Both the position numbers and the translations under genes were made by a program. Under the pieces are notes generated by a model that was given only the letters and a program-made list of their open reading frames with translations, searched no databases and had not been told where the DNA came from. Below, in pieces: positions 42,001-56,700 of a DNA stretch of 64,000 nucleotides. Positions within the stretch are counted from its first letter, which is position 1; each line of letters starts with the position of its first letter. The stretch covers positions 116,188,001 through 116,252,000 of the forward strand of contig NC_042998.1 in NCBI RefSeq assembly GCF_006345805.1, in the 5' to 3' direction. The DNA comes from Octopus sinensis (Eukaryota).

Positions 42001-42456
42001 GTTAAACACACACACATATATATTCGCAAAACAGTCACCACACTCGCCCTAACCATTAAGCCACGCGCCTTCACTATATACTGAGTGTGTGCTTGTGTGT
42101 ATGTGTGTAAGCAGTCTAACAGTCCATAAGTCAGGGAAAATGCACTCGTATATTTGTCAGTAGTGTAGGTATATTAATTGAAATATACAGTATTATATAT
42201 CCGCTCCAGACGATCTTACCAATCATTTTCACACTAGAGGTTCAATGGAGTGTTAGTTAATAGTCTGATTATGTAACTCTAGGCTCTTCTGAGGTAGCTG
42301 CTATCTAATGAAATATGGTGACCTCTAAAGAGCGAAGGTTTATATAATCAGACTGTTATCTAACAATTCCTTAAACCCCTAGTGCGAAACCGATTAGTAA
42401 AATCAGCTGTAAAGGATATAATACTGTACACTTCAATCAATAAATCAATATTTACA

Positions 42457-43590
<1,134 letters not shown>

Positions 43591-45039
43591 CAATTTCCTT
43601 CTCGAGGGAATTAATCTTTTCAGTAAGAAAGTTTGTTTACTGCGCTGTAAAATTAAACCTTTGCAATTTTTCATCGTTTTATTCAATGAGATTCCTTTCT
43701 AGAAAATGAAGTAATAATAATAATATAACGTTATACAATGCAACTTATTTAATTTTTACTTATTCTTTTTCATTTCTGTATTCTTATTACATTCAAGAGT
43801 TTTTCATATCCTTTATCACTGACGTCTTTGCAAAATTATGCAATTCTTTTGTATCATAATTTAGAAAAGCTATCGCAAATAATCTTTGCTGCATTACACA
43901 CGTGCATGGTTACAAATATGATAGGAAGTATGCTGAGCCCTTTAAATACTCAATGTATGCTGAAAATTTTAAGAGGATTACATTTTTTTTCAGCAGATAT
44001 CAAAATTGATTTTCCTCTCTTTCGTAGGTATCCTATTTTGTACATTGTATTAGTCCAATCACAATAATTCTTTCAGTATTATATATATATACATATATAT
44101 TTCATTCCATTAATTCCTCTACTGGTAATGGACTGTGCAGTCCATTTACAGTATACTGTCATAACTCTCACCTAACTTTACAAAATATTACTCATTCAAA
44201 CTCCCGAACTCGCACAGTAATCGGATGAGGACATGGCAAACCCGAAGTACAACTACTATTGGAATATACCTCACGTATTTGCTTTGCTACGTATATACCT
44301 TTATGTGATCTAACCCTCTAAAAGTGAATTCACATATTTGGTGTAGATGCTTGGAGCAATTGGATAAAATCATCGGTTCACATTTATTCTGTCCCTTATT
44401 TGTGTCTGTTCTACACTAATTTCAAGAAATCCTTCTCAATTTAAATAGAAAGATGCTTTGCATATACATGTTTGTATACGAATCAAATACATCTTAGCAC
44501 CCTTTGTTTTCCAGTCGCTACTGTGCAATAATTACCATACAAATATTTGCCCAAATATTTCTATTGAAACTTAAAATTTCTCATGAATTCTATTACTGTA
44601 CACATTTTCCTAATCCAAATGGGATACAGGAGTCAGCACAAATCAATAAAGCATTGATATCACCAAGAAAGCTGAAATTATTACGGTTAGTTGTACTCAT
44701 ATTCGTACTTCGTTAGGGTATAGTTGCAATAAAATATTTCCTTCGTATATTTCCTTAGAGATTCATATTTACAACATTGATTTCTGGTGGCAAGACCCTG
44801 TGCTTAAGTCAGTTATATATTTGTTCCGCTTTCTGAAATGCTTGCATAATCTAGTACCTAAATCTTTTGTTTAATCTAAGAAGTTAACTATAATTTATGT
44901 GTGCCTATATTTGATTCTATATGAATTGGCTTATTGTATGATTGCTTCCATAGTTTATCCTGTGTATCTGTTGGCACCAATGGATATAGCTAATGTTTTT
45001 AGACTGAGCTAGCCAAAGATCTTCTTATTTGCAGTATCT

Positions 45040-45340
45040 GATTATATACTATTATAGAACAACGACAACGTCCACATCAGCATACAAATAGTACAGAATT
45101 TCAGTCAGTTTGCTTGACACATGATGCACTTTCATCAAAGAAGATCTTACCCCTGCGTGCATAAATGACCTTTACATTGCTATAAGTTATTTCAATGTAA
45201 ACTCAAAGTAAAATATAATACTTTGCATCATGATTACGTGAATATCGATGGATAATAATCTACATTATCAAATTTAGTTAAGTTTTCTGCTATCGCTGAT
45301 ACAGTTGATGCCAAATATGACCTCTCACAATATATATATA
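45040..45340 (-). mobile_element. Old Penelope-like RT relic
   Basis: Minus FDNVDYYPSI (PLE FDIVDFYPSI motif) followed by YIEITYSNVKVIYARRGKIFFDESASCVKQ, with stops and frameshifts. Confidence 0.55.
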
Positions 45341-45550
45341 TATACCAGAGGGAAAAGTAAGAGGTTTTCCAAATTTTATGATTGATATTCTTTAATATAT
45401 ATTATTACAGCCAATGCCCGATTCTGTAGAGCTTATTGTCTTTTATTTGGTAATACATCCGAAATATTCTGGGGGATTCTGAATGATAGAACGCTATAGC
45501 GGTTTGCATGGGTATATTTCCTATCGTACATATTTTAACAAATAGTTATA

Positions 45551-45822
45551 GTGGAGGCGCAACGACCCATTGGTTAGGGCAGCGGACTCGCGGTTGTAGG
45601 ATCTTGGTTTCGATTCCCAGACAGGGCGTTGTGAGTGTTTATTGAGCGGAAACACCTAAATCTCCACGAGGCTCCGATATTAGTGGGTGGTGATCCCTGC
45701 TGTACTCTTTCGCCACAACTTTTTCTCACTCTTTCTTCTGTTGGCCTGCTCGCTTAGCCAGCGCATTGTGACCAGTGAGGTGTAGCAACATCTGATAGAC
45801 TGGTCGGGTACGGTGATCATGG
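45551..45822 (+). mobile_element. tRNA-derived SINE, family C
   Basis: ggcgcaacgacccattggttagggcagcggac A-box region and ggtttcgattcc B box; ends at a (TA)n tract. Confidence 0.75.
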
Positions 45823-45830
45823 TGATATAT

Positions 45831-45872
<42 letters not shown>

Positions 45873-45873
45873 A

Positions 45874-47045
45874 TCTATAATATAAATTGGACTCGGGGGA
45901 TCGTTGTATTCTTTCTTGTCTTGGGGTTCACAGCCAAACGGCTGGGTGGATTCGTGAGAAAAATGGCGCACATGTGCAGACGAGTGCATAGATTTGAATG
46001 CGGTTTGTAGTTACCGAGAAAATAGATTAAAACTAGCAATAAAGGGGAATACACGATGACAGTCAGCCAAAGCCATACATACATACATACATGCATACAC
46101 ACATACATACATAACCTCTCTCTTCTTTTCTCTGTCAGTCACTCACATATTCACTCACTACAAAAAGGGAATAACAAAATTTCAGTTAACTCTCTCTCGG
46201 CCATACATAGATACATACATACATAACAACCTGGGTGTGTGTGTACCACTGAAGCCATTCATGCATACATACGTAACGTCTCTCTCTCAGGCGCGTGCGC
46301 GCTTTTTCTCTGTCAATCACCCACACATTAACTCACTACAAAAAGTGAATAAAAAATTTCTCTCATCTCTCACTCTTTCTTTCTCTCTCTCTCTTCCTCT
46401 CACACACATACACACACACCAGCAAAATTACCCTCTCTGTGCTTTCACACACACTAAAAAAGCAATTCCTGTACACACCACACATTCTGTCTCGCACACC
46501 CCATGAAACACAGACACACACTCACACACACACGCATGTACGCACATCTATTCTTCCACTTTGCGCCAACTTCAAAAGATCTTCACTTATACAATCACGC
46601 TCTCTCTGTATCTCTTTCGCTTTCACACCGACTTCAAAAGATCTCCTTTACACCTAACCCAATAATAAAAAAAAAAAAATTATATCGAAAAGGACGATCA
46701 TCTGCAAAAATGTAAATAAACACACGTGGTTTATAAGTGGTTTGTAAGTGACAGTCGGGTGTTCCCATATCGAAATATCGCCCAATGTTTTAATAACTAG
46801 ACAGAGGTCCAATAGGATAGCTCTCAGAAACACACTATGTACAAATTCGTTCTTCAGAACTCCTGAAGCGATTTTCTGATAAGTGTGTGTGTGGGGGGGG
46901 GATTTTCATACAGCTGGAGATTCTAATAAAAATTGGGGACCCGAAATGAGAAGATTGAGAAAAGCTGTTATAGATTATGCCTAACCGAAAATGATCACAA
47001 CCACATCATCCAAACAGACCGGGTGAAACCGGGGTTAGCTGCTAG
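45874..47045 (+). mobile_element. Non-autonomous Helitron
   Basis: Starts A|TCTATAATATAAA; subterminal cagccaaacggctg hairpin; internal low-complexity repeats; 3' hairpin CCGG-gtgaaa-CCGG (47019-32) then CTAG|T (47042-45). Confidence 0.7.
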
Positions 47046-47052
47046 TATATAT

Positions 47053-47099
<47 letters not shown>

Positions 47100-48062
47100 T
47101 ATATATACATATATACACATATATATACATATACATGTATACATATATGTATATATATACATATATACATATATATATAAGTGTGTGTGCGTGTGTGTGT
47201 GTATGTATGCATATATATGTATGTGTATATGTATATATATGTATGTGTGTGTGCGTGTGTGGATCCTCTCGCAGAAGATGATGTATGAGTGTTCAGTTCA
47301 TTCAGTCGAATGAACAGCACAAATAATATATTTATAGTGAGCACATATTTATCCACACATTAGTTCAGTCAGTCCATCAAATCGATGGGTCTTAACAGGA
47401 TCATGGTGTGCCATGCATCAGGTGTTAACTGATCGAAGAGCAATGTAAGATGAGAAAACAAAGCACCACTCAGTCAAGGAAATGAAATCACGAACGTTAG
47501 CTCATGAGTGCACCACCTTAAGCATTAGGTTAGTTTTATGTTATTCTGATGGGTTATTCTATACACCTATATAGTGCAGTATAATACACTTAAAGATAAA
47601 TTTTTATCGACAGTGACTTCGAAGCTAAGCCATTGTGGAACTGCGATGCATTAGAATTCGGTTTACATTTAAACACTCTCCGTCGAGTGCTTAAATTCTA
47701 CACTAAAACCTACACAACCAAGGAAACATTTTAATCGACAGACTATGTAAAATTATTAATGAATATATCGCATCTCAGTACAAATGATGGATTAGTTGGC
47801 TGATACTTCGACGTCACTGACAACAACATTTTCGTTTAAGAATTATATATATAATGATAAATCTCAGAGTGAGTTATAAACAGTAGCGGTAACACATCGT
47901 GACGCATATTTGCCATTTGAATATGGCTAAGCCCTAAGGGTGGATGCTACTGTAGTTTGTAGCCCCAGGAAGATATCTTCTCCAGCTGGCTTTAGACACA
48001 CTATCTGTGTCCTCTCAGTATTTGTGAAGGGAAGTCATCCTCCCCGTCTTCAACTCATGATA

Positions 48063-48107
48063 CACACGGCCCCGAGTTTCAAGGTGTTTACCTTTCATCA
48101 GCGTGTG
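48063..48107 (-). ncRNA. Minimal hammerhead copy with U16.1 changed to G (GGC triplet), predicted inactive
   Basis: Reverse complement of 48438-48482 except at position 48070. Confidence 0.75.
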
Positions 48108-48437
48108 ACAATCATGGTTGTCGACGAGGAGTCAGCTCCCTTCACAAATTCATATACTTTTTCCAATGTCGATTGACACTGATATTGAAAAAGTGAAATC
48201 AAACAATGATAAATCTCAGAGTGAGTTATAAACAGTAGCGGTAACACATCATGACGCATATTTCCCATTTGAATATGGCTAACCCCTAAGGGTGGATGCT
48301 ACTGTAGTTTGAAGCCCCAGGAAGATATCTCCTCCAGTTGGCTATAGACACACTATATATGTCCTCTCAGTATTTGTGAAGGGAAGTCATCCTCCCCGTC
48401 TTCAACTCATGATACACACGTCGACAACCATGATTGC

Positions 48438-48482
48438 CACACGCTGATGAAAGGTAAACACCTTGAAACTCGGGTCCGTGTG
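48438..48482 (+). ncRNA. Minimal type I hammerhead ribozyme, all core positions intact
   Basis: cacacg-CTGATGA-AAGGT-aaac-ACCTT-GAAA-C-tcgg-GTC^-cgtgtg: stem I 6 bp, stem II 5 bp, stem III 2 bp with a quasi-palindromic loop; cleavage after 48476. Confidence 0.88.
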
Positions 48483-48913
48483 TATCATGAGTTGAAGACG
48501 GGGAGGATGACTTCCCTTCACAAATACTGAGAGGACACAGATAGTGTGTCTATAGCCAGCTGGATGAGATATCTTACTAGGGCTACAAACTACAGTAGCA
48601 TCCACCCTTAGGGGTTAGCCATATTCAAATGGCAAATATGCGTCAATTATATATATATATATATATATACTTTGATACTTTGATACTTTGATAGGTTTCG
48701 GCCATTATTGGCCCAGGGCATGTCTAACTTAATAGCACCACCTGGTTATATATATATATATAAGTAGGTGAATGAATTATCCTATGTTAATCGTCAGCAT
48801 GAAACATTCGTTTAACCGAAACCTGGGTAGCAAATTCACATCAGAAACACGGTTGAAGCGACCTGTCAATGGTAGAAACTCCGGGTTCATGTGCAGAAAT
48901 TTGTGTGTTTTAT

Positions 48914-49174
48914 AATGGAGTCGAATGAAGATGTTAACAAAATTCCTTTACTCTCGACACATGTTTCGAAGACAGCATGTTTTCATTCCAAAGGAATACA
49001 GGGTGCATTATGCAATCTTCTCATCAAGACAAAAAACATTTCGATGATTGCCTTCATTTCCTGATGAGAAGATTGCACAATGCACCCTTTATTCCTTTGG
49101 AATGAAAACATGGTGTCTTCGAAACATGTGTCGAGAGTAAAGGAATTTTGTTAACATCTTCGTTCGACTCCATT
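48914..49174. repeat. 113-bp inverted repeat pair (35-bp spacer, 4 mismatches); each arm is a hammerhead motif
   Basis: 48914-49026 versus 49062-49174; near a (TA)n tract on the right. Confidence 0.85.
49057..49136 (+). ncRNA. Type I hammerhead motif with extended stem II and palindromic stem III
   Basis: tttc-CTGATGA-GAAGAt...gTCTTC-GAAA-C-atgt-GTC^-gaga; ACATGT palindrome; stem I only 4 bp including one G.U; cleavage after 49132. Confidence 0.75.
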
Positions 49175-49179
49175 CTTTC

Positions 49180-49303
<124 letters not shown>

Positions 49304-49377
49304 TAATGGTACAACAATGCACCAATATTTACTGAAATAGCAGTCGATAATATACGACGCTATAGTAAAGTTTCACC

Positions 49378-49433
<56 letters not shown>

Positions 49434-49927
49434 GCATGTATTTAATTATGTATGTCACTCTCTCCCTCTCTCCTCTCGCTATATATATATCCGCGCGTGT
49501 GTGTGTGTGGGCATGTATATGCACTTATAAATGTGCGGTTGGTGCAAAAAGCCCAGAACCTATTCTTGCAAACCATAAATATAGTTGCTTAACAAGCAAT
49601 TTAATGTAGTGAAGCCAAAAATAATTTCCATTTAATTACAATTGCTTTTGTTTTGAGTAATCTATTTTGTAGAATAAATGTGGCCGAGAAAATATGTCTT
49701 GACCTAATGCAGTCAATAAAGTAAATAATTATTTCTATAGAATAGCTGGAAATGTTAATTATTTAAATCTACACCTCTATACATGCTTATTACTAACTAT
49801 CTATCTATACACACTCACACACACGCACACACATATATGCATATTTATATACATACACACACAAATACATCTATACCCACACACTCGCACACACGCACAC
49901 ACACACACACACATATACACAAACATT

Positions 49928-50300
49928 GGCGCAGGAGTGGCTGTGTGGCAAGTCGATTGCTTACGAACAACATGGTTCCAGGTTCAGTCCCATTGCGTGA
50001 CATCTTGAGCAAGTGTCTTCTACTAAATTATCGGGCCGACCAAAGTCTTGTGGATTTGGTAAACGGAAACTGAAAGAAGCCCGTCATATTGATATATATG
50101 TGTGAGCTTTCCCCCTACCCCACAAAACATCGTTTGACAACCGATGCTGGTGTGTTTACGTCCCCGTAAATTAGCACTTCGGCAAAAGAGACCGAGATAA
50201 TAAGTACTAGGCTTACAAACAATAAGTCCTGGATGTCGATTTGCTCGACTAAAGGCGGAGCTCCAGCATGGCAACATACAAATGACTAAAATAAAAGAAT
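49928..50300 (+). mobile_element. tRNA-derived SINE, family B, near full length
   Basis: ggagtggctgtgtgg A box, ggttcagtccc B box, central ccgaccaaag...ggatttggtaaacggaaactgaaagaagcccg domain, A-rich tail. Confidence 0.8.
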
Positions 50301-50311
50301 AGCTATATATA

Positions 50312-51520
50312 TATTGGGTTGTCCGGAAAGTTCGTGCCGAGTTTTAAAGGAAAGAAAAAGGTCAATAAACAATTGCCATCACATTTTTAATCAATCGAAT
50401 ATGAACCATTTTGTTGCACAATGCGTCTCCGTCTTTCCTTTAACTTGAAAATATCCTCTTCCCAGAATTGAGGTTTTCGTGGCAAATAATTCATCAATGT
50501 ATCTTTTTACGTCATCCAAGGAATTGAAATTTTTACCATTAAGACTATTCTTCAGAGACCTGAATAAGTGGAAATCCGAAGGAGCAATATCTGGTGAATA
50601 TAGAGTGTAGGGTAACACATCCCGGCCGAGCTGCAGCAATTTTTGTCTGGTTCCCAAAGAAACGTACGGTATCGCATTATCATATTGAAAAACAATAACC
50701 TTCCTGTTAGCCAATTCTGGACGCTTCTCTTAATTGTTGTTCTTAACTCATCCAGTTTTGTGTAGTACTTCTCAGAATTAATTGTCTAGTTACTTGGGAG
50801 AAGCTCATAGTACAGAATTCCTTTCCAATCCCACTAGACACAAAGTAAGACATTTTTAGGGTGAAGACCCGTTTTTGGGATGTCAAAGGGTGGCTCATGT
50901 CGCTTACTCCAGGATCGCTTTCTCTGAACATTTCGGGAGATAATCCATTTCTCATCACCTGTCACAATTTGCTTTAAAAATGGCGCGTTTTCATTTCGTT
51001 TATAAAGCGAATCACATATAGAAATGCGATCCAAATCATTCTTCTCACTCAACTCATGTGGTAAGCAAACATCGTAGCGATTTGCGTACCCAATCTTTAC
51101 CAGGTGCTCATGAACGACAGATTTTGATAGGTTGAGGCTTTCTACCATTTCTCGGGTTGTGCAATGTGGGTTATTCTCAATTAATGACTTGATTTCATTA
51201 TTATCTGTAAAAGATGGTCTGCTTGATCGCTCTTTATCAATAAGGCTACAATTTATTTGGTTGCTTGTGAGGCATTTTCCCCTTTACTGAAAAAGAAAAG
51301 CATCAAGTACCGAAAATGAATATTCTTATCTTCGAATTTAAAGGGTTACATAATTAGCACAGTTTATAGGAACATAAACCTTCTTCCACGAAAAGATAGC
51401 TTAAACTGTGATCTAAATGGAGGTGTAGTCAAATCCTAGCTTATGAACTCAACCATGTTCTAAAAAAAGGCGAAAGTTAAGTCACTATAAATCGGCATGA
51501 ACTTTCAGGACAATCCAATA
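50312..51520 (-). mobile_element. Full-length defective mariner transposon (D,D34D), 1209 bp
   Basis: 29-bp TIRs with 3 mismatches and TA target duplications (50310-11, 51521-22). Transposase motifs CLPHEL, IVTGDEKW, YDNA and YSPDIAPSDFHLF; broken by stops and frameshifts. Confidence 0.95.
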
Positions 51521-51535
51521 TATCTAAATATATAC

Positions 51536-51580
<45 letters not shown>

Positions 51581-51714
51581 TATATACATACATATATACA
51601 CTCACACACACGCACGCACACACACACATGTATGTATAAATACATACATACACATATACACGTACATATGCATATATATATATACACATACACACGTATA
51701 TATATACACACACA

Positions 51715-51764
<50 letters not shown>

Positions 51765-52114
51765 GACACACACTCACACACACCTATATATATACAAACA
51801 TATATGTATGTATGTGTATGTATATATATACGCAAGTATCTATAATCATACACATGTATATATGTGTCTATATAGATATGTACATAAATCATTATACAAG
51901 ATAATGTAGTAACTATACTGAGAAGTCACGTTTATCCCCACTTCAATATGGCTTTTCAGTAGGAACCCGCGTTACTACTGCTTTTCACCCCAGGTGGACA
52001 CCTCCTTCAGCTGGTTTTCGAAGTAATCTGCTCCCCAATTATTTTGCAGGTAGAGTAGCGAACCCTCAGGAACTTCTAGTGACATCGAGACCACCAGACA
52101 GTCTTATATTTCGA

Positions 52115-52557
52115 GCTATATGCGCTCATCTTCCTGGGATAAAAACGGTAGTAACGTCGGTTTGTACGGTACAGCCATGCTGAAAGGGCGGTCAACATTA
52201 CTTCTAAGTGTGGTTACAACTTACTTCTCGTATAGAGAATTTCTTTCTCGCTACGTTGCTTGTTGCAAGACAGTGACTAGTTGTCACTTATTTTTCTGTA
52301 TATTGCGAGCTGGAGCAAACTGCTGCTATCTCAAGCGGATGGGTGTCCACCTCTAGGTATGAGCACAAATAGATCTAAATCGGTGACCCGGTCATCGGCG
52401 GAATGTGCTGGATGTTCGCTCCCCTGCTTGCAATATTTATCAGGTGCAGACTGCATCGATAGACAGCTGGAGAACACGTCCTCCTAAGGTAAAAAAAAAA
52501 CGTATTTCAAGTCGGTTCCTACGGAATAGTCATGTTGAAGTAACGATAAACATTGCT

Positions 52558-52654
<97 letters not shown>

Positions 52655-53145
52655 CAAGTGTGTGTGTTCGTCGAACATAAAGTGTTTTCGCTTAATGTTA
52701 TTTATACCGATTCATTGCGCAGTAGATGAACATAATCTTGACATTTGCACACGACATATTTTTCAAACCGGATGCGAAACACTGGGTGATTGAGGGATGC
52801 ACCAGCATAGATGACAGATGAAAAGGAAAATTGATCTTTGTGCTATATGCGCTCATCTTCCTGGGATAAAAACGGTAGTAACGTCGGTTTGTACGGTACA
52901 GCCATGCTGAAAGGGCGGTCAACATTACTTCTAAGTGTGGTTACAACTTACTTCTCGTATAGAGAATTTCTTTCTCGCTACGTTGCTTGTTGCAAGACAG
53001 TGACTAGTTGTCACTTATTTTTCTGTATATTGCGAGCTGGAGCAAACTGCTGCTATCTCAAGCAGATGGGTGTCCACCTCTATGTATGAGCACAAATATA
53101 TCTAAATCGGTGACAGATGAAAAGGAAAATTGATCTTTGTGCTAT
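52115..53145 (+). repeat. Local 273-bp duplication (52115-52387 copied to 52842-53114) with a 35-bp flanking direct repeat
   Basis: Copies differ at 3 sites; tgacagatgaaaaggaaaattgatctttgtgctat at 52812-52846 and 53111-53145. Confidence 0.9.
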
Positions 53146-53584
53146 TTGAATTCACAACACAAAGAGCAAGCACAAATATTGCAACATATTCACTATACAT
53201 TGTACTAATGAGTTCAAAAGGACCACTTCATTACATAACTTATAAAATACGTCAAGATATTTGCTCCGTCACATTGCACTATGAAGTGAATTCCTACTGA
53301 GCAGGGATTGAAGTTAATAAAGCTAACATTTAAAGATCGATGAATAAAGTACCAGCTGCGTGTTGGTGTATCACGTTATCCAGTGATCTGTCACAACCTT
53401 GATATTCTGATTGGTTAATAATGGAAAGGCAGAGAAAGTGTTGGTTTACTCGCACTTGCATAGGCATATAATGTTTAGTGAAAATATCTTTACGACGCCC
53501 AGTAAAAATAGATTGAACGTGACGACCGTAGTTAATTTATGTAAGAAAGTATTGTTCCCAAAGTTTGGCACAATGACAGCAATT

Positions 53585-53757
53585 CTAGGGGAGGAGCTAC
53601 ATCCATTACAACCACCCCAGTTGCCAACTAGTACTCATTTTATCGACTCCGAATGGCAAAATCGACCTCGGCGGAATTTGAACTCAGAGGATAACGACGG
53701 GCGAAATGCTGCTATGCATTTCGCCTGGCGTACTAGCGATTATGCTAGCTCGCCTCT
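53585..53757 (-). mobile_element. SINE family A copy
   Basis: tcgacctcggcggaatttgaactcaga...catttcgcctggcgtactagcgattatgctagctcgcc. Confidence 0.75.
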
Positions 53758-56700
53758 TTTACAATAGAAAGTATATAAATACAGTAACTCTATTTTGCAG
53801 TGAAGTGTATTATTCTAATGTATTATTCACCATCTCTATGTTTTATACTACAAGTAGGCTTTATGTAATATACGTTTCATACTATAGGTACACTGTGTGA
53901 TATCACCACTGCTTTATTTCCTGGTTTGTGTCTTGCTACTGTCCCTTCTAAATGATAACATTTGAATGAAATGTTACAGATCACTGCTACGAGAAACGTA
54001 TTATAAGGGTAGAATTTCAAATTAGACTACATTTCGTTTCACCCTATCATTGCTTATTTAGCTACATTTGCAATACTCATTCGTGTATGCTTAATAATTT
54101 TCATTAGCCTTAAGAGTCGATACGGTTCTTACCGGTTTTCTTTAAGAATTAAGTGTTCAATGGTGTGAAATAATGAATCAAGTATTGAATGAATTAAACA
54201 CCCGTAGGGGTTACAATTCCAGCTTCGCTTCGTAAGAGACAATCTATACAAGTGTGATACTATCTTTGAAATGATGGATACAGGCACGAGTTTGCATATG
54301 TTTATAAAACGTTATTTAATGGAGACCTACGTATTCGTACGCATAATATTTCAGCAGTGGGATGACGCAAGACATTTCTACGCTTATATTCAGAAATTTA
54401 CACAGAACAATGCAAACTTCATAATAATTGCTACAAAGCCAAGTGATCAACCACAATCAACATTGATCTGATCCCATTTCAAGCTCTGTTTTCTGCCTTT
54501 TCTTTTTTTCCTCACGTATTGATACATATAATCACATGAAAGAATTCTATTGAAAATGCCATAAATAGACAGCTGCATTAGGTCACACTCATGCAAACAC
54601 ACACACACACACACTCTCACACACGCACACACACACTTACACATACATGACAGACGTTGTTTGTGAGTGTTAATGTGTGTGCTAGTATGTATGCACGTAT
54701 GTATATACATGTATATTGTGCATGTGTATGTACAAATGAATGTGTGTTCGAGTACACGCGAGTATTTTGTACGAAGACATTAAACAAACTCGTTCGTTAG
54801 TAAATGAGTAACCTTTTAAAAACAAACAATGCAATTTGGTGATAAAGTTTTATCCAGGAAATGGCAGCTTGAAGCATCGCTATTCTTTCCACTTATAGTT
54901 ACACAAAATGGTAGAAGATATATTGTAAACTGCAAATATAGAGTGTGTGTGCGTGTGTTTGTGTGTGTATGAGTGTGTGTGTGTGTGTGTGTGTGCCTCT
55001 GTGTGCGTGTATTGTGCGCGTGTTTTGTGTGCGTGTGTTTATCTGAACGCGCCGAGGTATTTAGAACTGCAACATTTATATTCACTTAATTGGAAAGAAG
55101 TGTCCTTTGTATTTAACTGTGTTACAGTGAAGGAAACTTAATAATCAGTCACGTTATTCTCATTTATCTGGTTACTGCTTAATGCATTAATCTTTCAACA
55201 ATAAATGTGCATCCTTAACTTATTTGTAATATTTTTATTCCTTTTTTGTGTGTGTAAAGCTAAATCGATTCTTTATTTTAATTCGCTTTTTTTTTTCTCA
55301 CCTTCGATAGAAATGGAAAAAAGAAACCTCTTATTGTAAAATAAGTTGTTTTAGAATTTCATGGCTGAAAAAAGTATTTGTGTACATTTTCCTTGTGAAT
55401 ATCATGAATATTTTAAAAAAGAAAACATGCATTAAAATACATATCACAAGTTTGCCCTAACTCATTCTGTGAGAATCGCTTGAATTCTTTTCTCTTTAAT
55501 GCTTTAAAAAAATTGAGTAGGAAAAAAATACTGGAATAACTATTATTGGAAAATACGTTATTGCAGCATTCCGAAGATAAAAAATATAAATAACTTCTAA
55601 CTTTTAGAATTAAAGGAAAATAAAAAAAAATATCTAGTAAGATTCATAAAAATATAATATATCACGAGTGATTCTCTACTGTTTTTCATTTTTAGAATAA
55701 ATACAATGACATCTTATTTTAAACAAAAACTGTAATCATTTAAAACAGACGACATTAAGCCCTGAGTAGGTTGGTATGTAAATACATACAAGAAAGTGTA
55801 TAGCTCGATCTGAAACGAACGTATACAAAAAGATCTTCCGAAAGGAAAACGTTAACGTACAAGTACTGAACTGAAAATTTAAACCTGACACAATATGGAT
55901 TATACATATATAAATATATACATACATATAACTATGTGCATGTATGTGTGTGTGTGTGTGTATAGGTATATATATATACATACATATATAGACATACACA
56001 CACACGCACACACATATATATATATACACTCACGTACACATATATATGCAAATGAGTAAATCTAAGCATGTGTAGATGCACCCACATTTGTTAGTAAATC
56101 TGAAATATAAAGATTTGTTATCTGAAGCCATATGTTGCCAGTTTATCTTTGTGTGCATAGATGCAAATTTATTCTTTAGCTAGTCATATGAGCTGGCAGT
56201 TCTACAACCCAGCCTGCTTTTATGTGGAAATGTGAACGCATTTCTATATTTTTTCGGATTGTACAGCATCCAGAAAAATGTTTATATAGATCGATAAAAC
56301 AACAACAGCAACGGCAGCAATACGGAAAGCTACTACGTTCTTAAAAAGAAAATAGATGTGTGTAGAGCATATAAATATTGAAATATGAAGCAAAAGAAAT
56401 CAACAAACGCATGCAGTTATTCAAACTAAAACTTCTAGTAATGTATTCGATATTTGTGACAGACATTAAAGGATGTTCCATTAGGTAGTACATATAAAAG
56501 TAAAAAAAAAAACATAATTTATTTCGCATATCACTCCTTTTCTTATTGCTCGAAAAGTTTAGTAAATATAATAATTTTAATTAAAAAAAAATCCAGCTGC
56601 CATCGGATCTTCACGAACCTTGAAGAATTACTTGGATTGTGCTTTCAGATTTTTTCATGGATGAAAGAGATTTTAAATGCACCAAATCACATGCTATCGT

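Larger units (their letters stand above)
47853..48645. mobile_element. Retrozyme-like element: 352-nt partial tandem plus inverted copy
   Basis: aatgataaatctcagag at 47853 and 48205; 48419-48645 is an inverted copy of the unit; aattatatatata on both flanks is a possible low-complexity target-site duplication. Confidence 0.8.

Noticed and set aside
45151-45201. Apparent receptor exon ending VKVIYARRG|gtaag
   Set aside because: Weak GAG acceptor, no conserved Trp, and the surrounding translation fits a PLE RT relic better.
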